Assembly (NCBI GenBank): GCA_041484665.1
Contig: JBGPIA010000039.1
Location: 1 to 10,230, forward strand
Length of the DNA stretch: 10,230 nucleotides
Direction of reading: 5' to 3'
DNA from: Candidatus Krumholzibacteriia bacterium
GTDB taxonomy: Bacteria > Krumholzibacteriota > Krumholzibacteriia > JAJRXK01
The position numbers were made by a program, and so were the translations under genes. Positions within the stretch are counted from its first letter, which is position 1, and the number at the start of each line of letters is the position of its first letter. The notes beneath the pieces are model-generated. The model was not told where the DNA came from. It worked only from the letters and a program-made list of their open reading frames with translations, and did no database searches. Below, in pieces: positions 1-7,709 of this stretch.

Positions 1-94
1 CGCGCGCAGCCCTTGGCTGGCCGCCGGCAGCTCCACCGCCACGATCACCTCGTCGGGGCCGCTCGGTGTTGCGGCCGATGCCGTCCAGTCGATT
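1..94 (-). pseudogene. Frameshifted internal fragment of a molybdopterin dehydrogenase FAD-binding subunit (HcrB/CoxM-like), running off the left edge
   Basis: Hand translation, not in the ORF track. 94-62 reads NRLDGIGRNTE; after one extra base at ~61, 60-1 reads GPDEVIVAVELPAASQGLRA. This fits the 'Y..DG....L.PDE(I/V)I..(I/V).LP....G.R' junction between the FAD-binding and C-terminal domains. There is no start codon or recognisable homology further upstream. Confidence 0.65.
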
Positions 95-116
95 TGGCCT
101 CTGTGGCACTCGCCTG

Positions 117-191
117 GAATTGGGCACGGATCCGATGGTTTGGCGGAGCTTGTACATCTCACTCAACAATTCGAAGATCCGGTTCCAATTC
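117..191. repeat. 75-bp imperfect palindrome
   Basis: GAATTGGGCACGGATC (117-132) matches the reverse complement of GATCCGGTTCCAATTC (176-191) at 13/16 positions. Weaker symmetry continues inward, and palindromic TGTACA (151-156) sits at the centre. Confidence 0.7.
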
Positions 192-227
192 GCGACGCAC
201 GCCGACGTGGGGCTCCGCCAGCGCCGC

Positions 228-1475
228 CTACTCGTACCGCAGGGCCTCGATCGGGTCGAGCTTCGAAGCCCGGATCGCGGGCAGCATGCCGAACGCGAGC
301 CCGACGGTCGAGCAGAAGACGAGCCCGATGACGGCCCACTCCAGTGGGACGCGTGGCTCAAAGTGCGCGAAGACGGCGACGAGGTTGCCGAGCCCGAAGC
401 CGACCAGGACCCCCACCGCGCCGCCGATGTTGCAGAGCACGACCGCCTCCAGCAGAAATTGCGTGCGGATGCTCGCGGAGCGCGCGCCGAGCGCCTTGCG
501 CAGGCCGATCTCCCGGGTTCGCTCCGTCACGGCGACCAGCATGATGTTCATGATCCCGATCCCGGCCACGATCAGCGCGATGATGCCGATGACGAAACCC
601 GCCATCTTCACTCCCATGCTCATCCGGTTGAACTCCGTGATCAGGCTGGCGCTGTTGTAGAAGTCGAAATTGTCCTCCTCACCCGCCTTGACGCCGCGTT
701 CCCTTCGCAGGATCTGACGCGTCTGTTCGATCGCATCGGTCATGAGTTCGGGGGTCTTCGCCCGCACCGTGATGTTGACCGAGCGGGCCATTCCGTTCCG
801 ATCGGTGAGTCCGTAGACGTTCAGGAACGTCGTGACAGGCATCAGCACGTAGTTGTCGAAGTGCCCGCCGAACGCGGACTTCTTTTCGTCGAACACGCCG
901 GCCACCCGGTACTTTCGATGGTCGATGAGGATCTCCCGTCCAAGCGGATCGGTGAAGGGGAACAATTTCTGCGCGATCGCATGACCGATGACCACCACCC
1001 GGCCGGCACTTCTCACGTCCATCGGCGAGAGGTTCCGACCCAACCCCACGTAATGTGTGTTGTTGGGCGCGTACTCGGGCGTGCCGCCCACGATCGAGAT
1101 GTTCGGATTGGTGACCTCACCCCGGTATTCCGCGACGAAGCCGAAGTCCCAGATCTCGGATCCCACCAGGTCCACCGAGCCGACCTGCTCCCGAATGGCG
1201 TCGGCATTCTCGAGCGTGAGCGGCGGACGGCGCATGGCACGCCGCCGTTGCGCGTCCGACGCAAACCCGCCGGCCGGCCATTTTTGCACCTGGAAGGTCT
1301 GCGCCCCCAGCACGCTCATCTCCCTTTCAAGCGTGGCCTGGACCAGGGCAATGGCCGTCATCACAGCGATGATCGAGGCGACTCCCGCAACGATGCCCAC
1401 GAGCGTCAGCACCGTCCTCAGCTTGTTGGCCAGGATGACGTGGAGTGACATGGACAGCGCATCAAGCGGGCGCAC
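228..1475 (-). CDS. ABC transporter permease, MacB/FtsX family (no fused ATPase)
   Basis: N-terminal ANKLRTVLTLVGIVAGVASII, a large periplasmic domain, and C-terminal GIGIMNIMLVAVTERTREIGLRKALGA...ASKLDPIEALRYE. GTG at 1475 has GGAGG 7 nt upstream. An alternative ATG at 1499 overlaps the upstream gene's end. Confidence 0.95.
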   Translation of the reverse strand: MRPLDALSMSLHVILANKLRTVLTLVGIVAGVASIIAVMTAIALVQATLEREMSVLGAQTFQVQKWPAGGFASDAQRRRAMRRPPLTLENADAIREQVGSVDLVGSEIWDFGFVAEYRGEVTNPNISIVGGTPEYAPNNTHYVGLGRNLSPMDVRSAGRVVVIGHAIAQKLFPFTDPLGREILIDHRKYRVAGVFDEKKSAFGGHFDNYVLMPVTTFLNVYGLTDRNGMARSVNITVRAKTPELMTDAIEQTRQILRRERGVKAGEEDNFDFYNSASLITEFNRMSMGVKMAGFVIGIIALIVAGIGIMNIMLVAVTERTREIGLRKALGARSASIRTQFLLEAVVLCNIGGAVGVLVGFGLGNLVAVFAHFEPRVPLEWAVIGLVFCSTVGLAFGMLPAIRASKLDPIEALRYE

Positions 1476-1491
1476 CGGATTTCCTCCGCGC

Positions 1492-2730
1492 TCACTCATG
1501 ACGGAGCGCCTCGATAGGATCCATGCGGGCCCCGCGATAGGCGGGCGCCACCCCGGCGACCAAGCCGACGAGGATCGAGATCAGGACGGCGATGCCTAGG
1601 ATCGGGAGTGACAGGCTCGCCGGCATCAGCGTGGCGTTCACGATGGCGGTCAGGATCGCGGCCAGGACGATTCCGATCGCCCCACCAAGCAGACAGATGA
1701 CGGACGACTCGAACAGAAATTGCAGGAGGATACGCCTTCGAGTCGCACCGAGCGCCTTGCGAATGCCGATCTCCGGGGTCCGCTCCGTGACGGACACGAG
1801 CATGATGTTCATCACGCCCACCGAGCCGACGAACAGCGAGATGCTCGTGACCAGGAGCCCGACCAGGAGCACGACGCCCATAACGTTGTTGAAGGTCCCG
1901 ACGAGGGTGTCGAGCTTGTTGATCGAGAAATTGTCGGGCTCGGCGGGCCGCAACGCGCGAACCTTGCGCATCTCCCCGATCACCGCGTACTCGAGATCTT
2001 CCATCGCCTCTTGGGAGGGCGCCTTGATCGCGACGTTCACGTCCACGTGGCCTCGACGGCCGCCGAAGGTTTTCACGTAGGAGGTGATCGGGATGAAGAT
2101 CTGCCGGTCGAGGTTGGGGCCTCCGAGAAAGCTCCCACCCTGCTTTTCCATCACACCGATGACCCGAAACTCGGTGCGGCCGATCCTGAGGGTCCGGTGG
2201 TTGGGATCCATGCCCTTGAAGAGGCCGTCCCGAATGTCACTCCCGATCACGCAGACGTTCTTCTTGTAGTTCAGGTCGAAGGGCATCAGGAATCGCCCGC
2301 TCTGCGGCTGGGCGGGGGACATCTGGGACTGCTTCTCCGTCGTGCCGACGAGCGTCACGGCGTCCATCGTCTCGGACCCGTACTTGACGTCCACCCGGCT
2401 GTCCAGGGTGGGGTTCACCAGGGCCTTGCCCCGCAGCCGGTCCTCGAGGGCGCGGGCCTCCCGCAGATCGAGATTCGGGCGATTGCGGTACAGGAAGAAG
2501 TCGTTCATGACCACCCAGGGCATGCGCGACACGTAAATCACATCCGTGCCCACCGCGGAGAAGCTCTCGCGGAACCTGTTCTGCAACCCGTTCACCGCGG
2601 TCATCGTGGTCACCACCGCGACGATACCGATGATGATCCCCAGCGTCGTCAGGGCGCCCCGCACCTTGTTGGCCGCCAGCGCGCCGAGAGCGATCTGGAG
2701 CGACTCGCGAAGAATGAGCAGCGATCCCAT
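1492..2730 (-). CDS. ABC transporter permease, MacB/FtsX family (no fused ATPase)
   Basis: ANKVRGALTTLGIIIGIVAVV; VGVMNIMLVSVTERTPEIGIRKALGA; PAYRGARMDPIEALRHE; four-TM MacB topology. Confidence 0.95.
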   Translation of the reverse strand: MGSLLILRESLQIALGALAANKVRGALTTLGIIIGIVAVVTTMTAVNGLQNRFRESFSAVGTDVIYVSRMPWVVMNDFFLYRNRPNLDLREARALEDRLRGKALVNPTLDSRVDVKYGSETMDAVTLVGTTEKQSQMSPAQPQSGRFLMPFDLNYKKNVCVIGSDIRDGLFKGMDPNHRTLRIGRTEFRVIGVMEKQGGSFLGGPNLDRQIFIPITSYVKTFGGRRGHVDVNVAIKAPSQEAMEDLEYAVIGEMRKVRALRPAEPDNFSINKLDTLVGTFNNVMGVVLLVGLLVTSISLFVGSVGVMNIMLVSVTERTPEIGIRKALGATRRRILLQFLFESSVICLLGGAIGIVLAAILTAIVNATLMPASLSLPILGIAVLISILVGLVAGVAPAYRGARMDPIEALRHE

Positions 2731-2743
2731 CCTGTTGGAGCCC

Positions 2744-4012
2744 CTATGCCCGCACCTTGCTCGCGTCCGGCTTCTCGGGCTGCTTCTCGTTGTTGATCCT
2801 CACCACGGCGCCGTTCTCGAGGTCCTTCGAGATCGCGCGGTAGCTTCCGGTGACGACCTCCTCACCCTCCCGCAGGCCCTCGAGGATCTCGATCAACTCG
2901 TCACTCTGAATGCCGGTCTTGACCTGTCGGGCGACCGCCTTGCCGCCCTCGACGCAGAACACCACCTCCACGAAGCCGTCCCGATCGGGCTTGAAGCGTG
3001 CTTCGACGTCCTTTCGTTTCTCGCCCTTCTTCACGAGCTGGTCCACCGTCCGAAGCGCCACGCACTGAAGTGGCACACTCAGCGCATTGGAATTGGTGTT
3101 GGTCACGATGTCCGCGCTGGCCGTCATGCCCGGCCGAAGTGCCTTGGGGGGATCGGTGATGCTGATCTTGATCTCGAACTCGGTCTTCTGCTCGGAGGTG
3201 CCCGAGGCCAGGGCATTGGCGCTGCTGCTGATCTCGTGCACGGTGCCCTTCAGCGTCTGACCGAGCAGGGCATCCGACTGGATCTCCGCCGGTTGGCCGG
3301 CCTTGATGGAGACGATGTCGTTCTCGTCCACATTGACCTGCGCCTCCATCTCCGAGAGGTCGGCGATCACCAGAATGACGTCCGCCTGGAATTGGGACCC
3401 GAGAGCGATCTCGCCCTCCTCCTTGTTCAACTCGCTCACCGTTCCGGCCATGGGCGCGTAGATGGTGGTCTTGGACAGATCATCCTGGGCCTGTTTCAGC
3501 GACGCCCGCGCCTGGTCCACCTGCTCCAACACGGACTTATAGCGCGCCTCCTCGACCTGAAACGCGGTCTGTTTGGCATCGAAGTCCGAAGTCGGCTCCA
3601 GTTCCCGCGCCTGCAGCTCCGTCGACCGCGTGTACGCCTTCCGTGCCCCCTCCATTTGCTGGCGGGTAAGCGTGGCGTTCGCCTGCACGGATCTCACGTT
3701 GGCTTCCGCGCTCTCGACGGCCGCGAGATATCGTTCGCGATCCAGCCCGACCAGAAATGCGCCCTTCTCGACCCACTGGCCCTCCACGACGGCGAGCTTC
3801 CTGATCTTCGCGCTCACGTCCGCGCTGATCTTGATCTGGGTTCTGGGCTGGATCTTCCCCGTCGCGCTGACCTTCTGCACGATCTCCTGTCGGCTCACCT
3901 TCGTCGATTGGACCTCGAGCCCTTTGTGCTCGCGACCCCGGGCGGCAATGAGCAGTCCGACGCTGGCCACCAGCACGAGCGCGGCGCCCGCCCACAGAGC
4001 TCTTCGTTTCAT
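2744..4012 (-). CDS. Efflux periplasmic adaptor / membrane fusion protein, MacA-like
   Basis: N-terminal TM anchor, VSATGKIQP, lipoyl half-motifs (VVEGQWVEKGAFL; TTIYAPMAGTV), helical hairpin, VDENDI, LRPGMTA, and C-terminal VKTGIQSDELIEILEGLREGEEVVTG. Confidence 0.95.
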   Translation of the reverse strand: MKRRALWAGAALVLVASVGLLIAARGREHKGLEVQSTKVSRQEIVQKVSATGKIQPRTQIKISADVSAKIRKLAVVEGQWVEKGAFLVGLDRERYLAAVESAEANVRSVQANATLTRQQMEGARKAYTRSTELQARELEPTSDFDAKQTAFQVEEARYKSVLEQVDQARASLKQAQDDLSKTTIYAPMAGTVSELNKEEGEIALGSQFQADVILVIADLSEMEAQVNVDENDIVSIKAGQPAEIQSDALLGQTLKGTVHEISSSANALASGTSEQKTEFEIKISITDPPKALRPGMTASADIVTNTNSNALSVPLQCVALRTVDQLVKKGEKRKDVEARFKPDRDGFVEVVFCVEGGKAVARQVKTGIQSDELIEILEGLREGEEVVTGSYRAISKDLENGAVVRINNEKQPEKPDASKVRA

Positions 4013-4085
4013 CGTCCCGCGCTTTCCATGATCATGTGTGTCCGGACGTAACGGGCCCTTCGAGGCATCGAGGCGTCGGCTGTGA

Positions 4086-4112
4086 ATACGACCGAGGCGA
4101 GGGAAAGGTTAC
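4086..4112 (-). promoter_or_regulatory. Putative ECF-sigma promoter for the adaptor-permease operon
   Basis: Minus strand GTAACC-N16-CGTAT about 75 nt upstream of ATG 4012; fits the AAC...CGT ECF pattern. Confidence 0.55.
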
Positions 4113-4223
4113 CACACCGGGCGGCGGAAGTACCGGGGGGCGCGCTGGGGTTAGGCCGGCGGTCCGCCTCCCCATCCCGGACTGAATCCTATCCACAGCG
4201 TGAATGTCCGGTCCGCCCGGACG

Positions 4224-4325
4224 CGCTCAGCCCAACAGCTGCTGCAGCAGCCGCCGCGTGGACAATCCCAGCATCTTGCGTCGGTGCTTGGGCGTGAAGC
4301 GGGTGTTCTTGCGCGGCACCACCTC
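4224..4325 (+). repeat. Direct repeat copy 1 (partner 10129-10230)
   Basis: Ungapped hand alignment gives 93/102 identity at offset 5905 bp; the first 37 bp are identical. Confidence 0.97.
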
Positions 4326-4355
4326 GGCAGTCACGCGGTCGCTCAGAGCGCGGAT
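4227..4355 (-). pseudogene. Decayed 3' tail of a FAD-binding subunit gene (CO_deh_flav_C-like end)
   Basis: IRALSDRVTAEVVPRKNTRFTPKHRRKMLGLSTRRLLQQLLG*. It duplicates the gene end at 10132-10230 and has no 5' part. The right boundary is approximate. Confidence 0.75.
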
Positions 4356-4356
4356 C

Positions 4357-4482
4357 GGCGCTTGGCGGGAACTCGGCGATCGCATGCTGGAGGGCAAGGA
4401 GCCTGCGGGCTTCTTCGACATGAAACTGACGCGCGTGGGGAACTCCAACTGGCCCGCGGCCGGCGTCATCAGCCGCAAGTAG
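4357..4482 (+). pseudogene. 3' fragment of a conserved hypothetical gene (possibly DUF1579-like)
   Basis: GAWRELGDRMLEGKEPAGFFDMKLTRVGNSNWPAAGVISRK* resembles a recalled C-terminus 'G.W.E.GDR...GKEP..FFEM.L.RVGD..WPAAGA'. The in-frame sequence upstream is antisense FAD-gene tail. Confidence 0.55.
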
Positions 4483-4576
4483 CGGCGCGTTCGGCAGCCA
4501 GCCCGTCTCGATCGAACGGCATCCGAGCGAGCAGATGGTGCAGGATTGACCCTCTTCGGGGAGCTGGGCCTGAGAC

Positions 4577-6439
4577 TCAGCGCTGGCCGCCGCGGCGCGC
4601 CACCAGCTCGATGGGTGGACCGGTCACCACGCCTTTCTTTCCTGCGTCGACCGGCGCGAGCCGCAGCCGCGCCGGGCCGAGCGCCCCGGCTGGGACCGCC
4701 ACCCGCACCGAATTCTCCGGTCGCCCGCCGACCCGCCGGGGGGCGCTCCAGGTGTGGCCGTCGTCCCACGATAGCGACAGGTTGGCACGCTCCGCGCCAA
4801 GCCAGGACACCATCGCTGCGTCCCCAGCACTCCAGCGGTCGCCCGAGCGCGGCCGCAGAATCACGAAGCGATTGAAATCGAGCAGGTAGGCAGCCCCGGC
4901 CGCCTTGCCCACCTGATCGTTGCCGGGCGCACCGACCAGCAAGGTGGGGAAGCCGTCTCCCCGCAGGTCCGCTAGAGCGCACAGGCTAGCACCGAACTGT
5001 TCACCCGCGCCCGTGCCCACGAGCTTCAGATCGGGCATCGCATCCATGTCCGGCCCGCCGAAATACACGTAGATCGCGCCGGAGGCCCCGAGCCCCTGGT
5101 CGAAGGTGTACGCCCCGATGAGAAGATCCTGGAAGCCGTCTCCGTTCACGTCGGCGACCGCGAGCCGCTCGCCGAAGCGACTGCCGGCTTTTTCCCCCTG
5201 GAGCACCACCGCAGGAGCGGTCTGCGGGTTCGGCCCGCCGAGGTAGACGTAGGCCGCGCCCGAGCTAGGCTCGAAGCCGTCCGCCCAACCCGCACCCACC
5301 ACCACGTCGGAAGCACCGTCGCCATTGAGATCGGCGCCGGTGACACTCGATCCGAACCAGGCGCCGGGCGCGGGAGCTGCCAGCAAGAGATCCGGCCGTG
5401 TGTGCGGGGTGCGACCGCCGAAGTAGATGTAGCACCGGCCGGCGAGCCGGCCGTCCGTGTCGTCCCAGTGGGCCCCGACCGCGATGTCCTCGAAACCGTC
5501 GCTGTTCACGTCCCCCACCACGGCCACGGCGTAACCGAATTGCGCTTCGGGCACCGCGGTCGCGAGCGTGAGATCTGGCTGCCCGGAAAACTGGCGCCCT
5601 CCGAAGTACACGAATGCGCGTCCGCTGGGAGTCCCGGATGCATCGTCGGTGGGGGCGCCGACGATCAACTCCGCGATGCCGTCTCCGTTCACGTCCCCCG
5701 AGGCAAGTGAGTAGCCGAAATCTTGATTCGCGCGCACCCCGTGCAGGACGCGATCGGGCTCCGTCCCCGGCGTACGAGCGCCGAAATAGAGGTAGACGTC
5801 GCCCGCACCGCGGCCCAAGGCAATCCCGGAGGGAGCCCCTACCGCAAGGTCTGGATGGCCATCGGCGTTCAGGTCCCCCGCGGCGCACATGGTGGAGCCG
5901 AAGTCCACCGCCGTTGCCGGCCGGGGGAGCTTCGCGGGACGGCCGAACGAACCGTCGGGCAGACCATAGAAAACAGTGGTGCTTCCCCGGCCATCCTCGT
6001 CGCCAGTGGAGCTGACAGCGAGATCGGGGTACCCGTCTGCGTCCAGATCGCCAGGTGAGCACACGCAGCTCCCGCAGCGCGCCCAGCTCTGCGCCCCGAC
6101 GAACGTCTGACCCGTCGTGTTGGCCACAGCCGCAGCGCCCTTGGCTAGCGCGAAGCGCGGCCGGAGCAGGCGCGGCAACGTGGTGACCCCCAGCCAGCAC
6201 AACTTCATCAACGCGGCCCCGGCGACTATCCCCGCGGCGATCGCCCAGCGCGGGCCCGCGCGCCGTGTCGGAACCAGGTCGGCCGAGCCCCCCGCGGCCG
6301 CGAGCGCGCGCTCCATCTCGGCCGCACTGCGGAAGCGATGGCCGGGCTCGCGCGCCAGCGCGCGCTCCACGACCCGCACGAATGCCGGCGGCAAATCGGG
6401 CCGCAAGAGGCGAGCGAGGCGAACGGTCCAAGCCGGCAT
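4577..6439 (-). CDS. Membrane-anchored FG-GAP (integrin-alpha-like) seven-blade beta-propeller protein; probably a 5'-truncated Ser/Thr kinase-TM-FG-GAP gene
   Basis: Seven D-x-[DNR]-x-D-G repeats: GDLDADG, GDLNADG, GDVNGDG, GDVNSDG, ADLNGDG, ADVNGDG, ADLRGDG, most with FG...GA(P) motifs. TM segment WAIAAGIVAGAALMKLCWLGV. The N-terminus RPDLPPAFVRVVERALAREPGHRFRSAAEMERAL matches Hanks kinase subdomains X-XI. The C-terminus is beta-sandwich-like (ILRPRSGDRWSAG...VSW). There is no RBS at ATG 6439. Confidence 0.85.
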   Translation of the reverse strand: MPAWTVRLARLLRPDLPPAFVRVVERALAREPGHRFRSAAEMERALAAAGGSADLVPTRRAGPRWAIAAGIVAGAALMKLCWLGVTTLPRLLRPRFALAKGAAAVANTTGQTFVGAQSWARCGSCVCSPGDLDADGYPDLAVSSTGDEDGRGSTTVFYGLPDGSFGRPAKLPRPATAVDFGSTMCAAGDLNADGHPDLAVGAPSGIALGRGAGDVYLYFGARTPGTEPDRVLHGVRANQDFGYSLASGDVNGDGIAELIVGAPTDDASGTPSGRAFVYFGGRQFSGQPDLTLATAVPEAQFGYAVAVVGDVNSDGFEDIAVGAHWDDTDGRLAGRCYIYFGGRTPHTRPDLLLAAPAPGAWFGSSVTGADLNGDGASDVVVGAGWADGFEPSSGAAYVYLGGPNPQTAPAVVLQGEKAGSRFGERLAVADVNGDGFQDLLIGAYTFDQGLGASGAIYVYFGGPDMDAMPDLKLVGTGAGEQFGASLCALADLRGDGFPTLLVGAPGNDQVGKAAGAAYLLDFNRFVILRPRSGDRWSAGDAAMVSWLGAERANLSLSWDDGHTWSAPRRVGGRPENSVRVAVPAGALGPARLRLAPVDAGKKGVVTGPPIELVARRGGQR

Positions 6440-6475
6440 TGGGCGCCGCGTTTGTGCGACTTTCCGCCCGATTTC

Positions 6476-6484
6476 TGCTACGAT
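6476..6484 (+). promoter_or_regulatory. Possible extended -10 element upstream of the lipoprotein gene
   Basis: TGcTACGAT about 50 nt before ATG 6534, with GGAGG at 6517-6521. No well-spaced -35 element. Confidence 0.35.
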
Positions 6485-6533
6485 CGACCCCCCGCAGACG
6501 GCACACCTCTAACGCTGGAGGGCGCGTACCGCC

Positions 6534-7460
6534 ATGGTTCGAAGGCTGAACTCTATCCTATGGGTCCTGGCAGTGCTGATCGGCGGCGGCTGCGGGGGTG
6601 ATGACGACGGTGGTGGGCCCCCCACCGAGCCGGGCGGTAGCACGGGGGGAGGGAACTTCTTCGCGGCGAAGATCGATGGCGTCTCGTGGAGCAGCGACAG
6701 CGATCGGATCCAGGTCACCGGCAACACTCCGGCAACGCGACCGGGGACACTCGTCCTCAGTGGGTACAATGTCTCGAACAACCGTGGCGTCCAGCTGACG
6801 CTCTCCTTCATCATCGGTCCAGCCTCGCAGCCGCTGGGCGTCAATCCCGGCACCAATCCTGGTGGCACCGGCGGGCTGATCCTTAGCACCGACTCGTGGC
6901 TCACACCATTGAACGGCGCAGCCGGGTTCATCAACATCACCGCGCGCACGGACAAGCGCATCGCGGGAAGCTTCAATTTCACCGCCGACGGAATCCTGCC
7001 CAGCATCGTTCCGCCGCAGCGCGTCGTCACTGAAGGTGCCTTCGACATCACGATCGACGCCGGGCTCCCGCCGCTGCCGACCGGAGTGGGCAGCACCTCC
7101 ATCGCCACCATCGGCGGCACGCCTTGGAACGCGGCAACCATCGTCGGGAGCTACGCTGGGCCCGGGGTCTTCGCACTGTCGGTGGGCAACACCAGCTACA
7201 TGATCGTCTTCACGCCCGCGACGCCGGTGTCGGCCGGCAATGTCTACGGCATTCCCTCGCAGGTGACCATGCAGGTGACGCGGCAGGGGACCGCCGACGG
7301 ATGGGCGGCCGTCACCGGCCCCGACATCGGTTCGTTTTCACTCACGACCTTCAACGTCAACCGCCTGATCGCGACGTACAATGCCACGCTGCCCAAGCTC
7401 GGGGGCGGGGCTCCGCTGGCCATCACCGGCGGAACGATCAACGCGTATCTCGAAAACTGA
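6534..7460 (+). CDS. Lipoprotein with two tandem beta-rich domains (DUF6252-like)
   Basis: Signal peptide ending LAVLIGGG-C, then a G/D/P linker. Domain 1 reads FAAKIDGVSW...ITARTDKRIAGSFNFTA...VTEGAFDI. Domain 2 reads ATIGGTPWNA...LTTFNVNRLIATYNATL...ITGGTINA. Confidence 0.85.
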   Translation: MVRRLNSILWVLAVLIGGGCGGDDDGGGPPTEPGGSTGGGNFFAAKIDGVSWSSDSDRIQVTGNTPATRPGTLVLSGYNVSNNRGVQLTLSFIIGPASQPLGVNPGTNPGGTGGLILSTDSWLTPLNGAAGFINITARTDKRIAGSFNFTADGILPSIVPPQRVVTEGAFDITIDAGLPPLPTGVGSTSIATIGGTPWNAATIVGSYAGPGVFALSVGNTSYMIVFTPATPVSAGNVYGIPSQVTMQVTRQGTADGWAAVTGPDIGSFSLTTFNVNRLIATYNATLPKLGGGAPLAITGGTINAYLEN

Positions 7461-7709
7461 TGAGCGTCGGCGCCAGGGGCAGGCGCACCAGGCGCCACGC
7501 CTCCCCGCGGCGCAACCGACGTCTCGCCACCCGGGCCTGTTCGCGCGTGGACCATCGCGCGTGGGACTCCTCGGGCGAGGCCCCAGCGTGGGCCTCGCTG
7601 CCCAGCCTCGCAGGACGGTGCCCATTGCCGTCCCAGCGCGCCGCGTAGCGGGCGTCGATCGCGCGTGCGGGTCAGCCACCAGTCGCCGTCTCGAGCGGGG
7701 AGGTGCCGT

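Noticed and set aside
117..191. Palindrome as an integron attC site or intrinsic terminator
   Set aside because: No RYYYAAC...GTTRRRY boxes and no second copy in the window; no compact GC stem with a U-tract.
13..4051. Long plus-strand ORFs (66..1448, 1720..2796, 2546..4051 and others)
   Set aside because: Antisense shadows of the permease and adaptor genes, as expected in high-GC DNA; no family motifs.
4227..4982. 251-aa minus-strand ORF as a real gene
   Set aside because: It is an alternative frame of the FG-GAP gene plus antisense sequence; only the last ~42 codons look like real protein (the FAD tail).
4860..6060. Recurring CCGTC...GTTCACGTC motifs as a CRISPR array or DNA repeat system
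   Set aside because: They encode FG-GAP blades (DVNGDG) and vary at synonymous positions; no cas genes are present.
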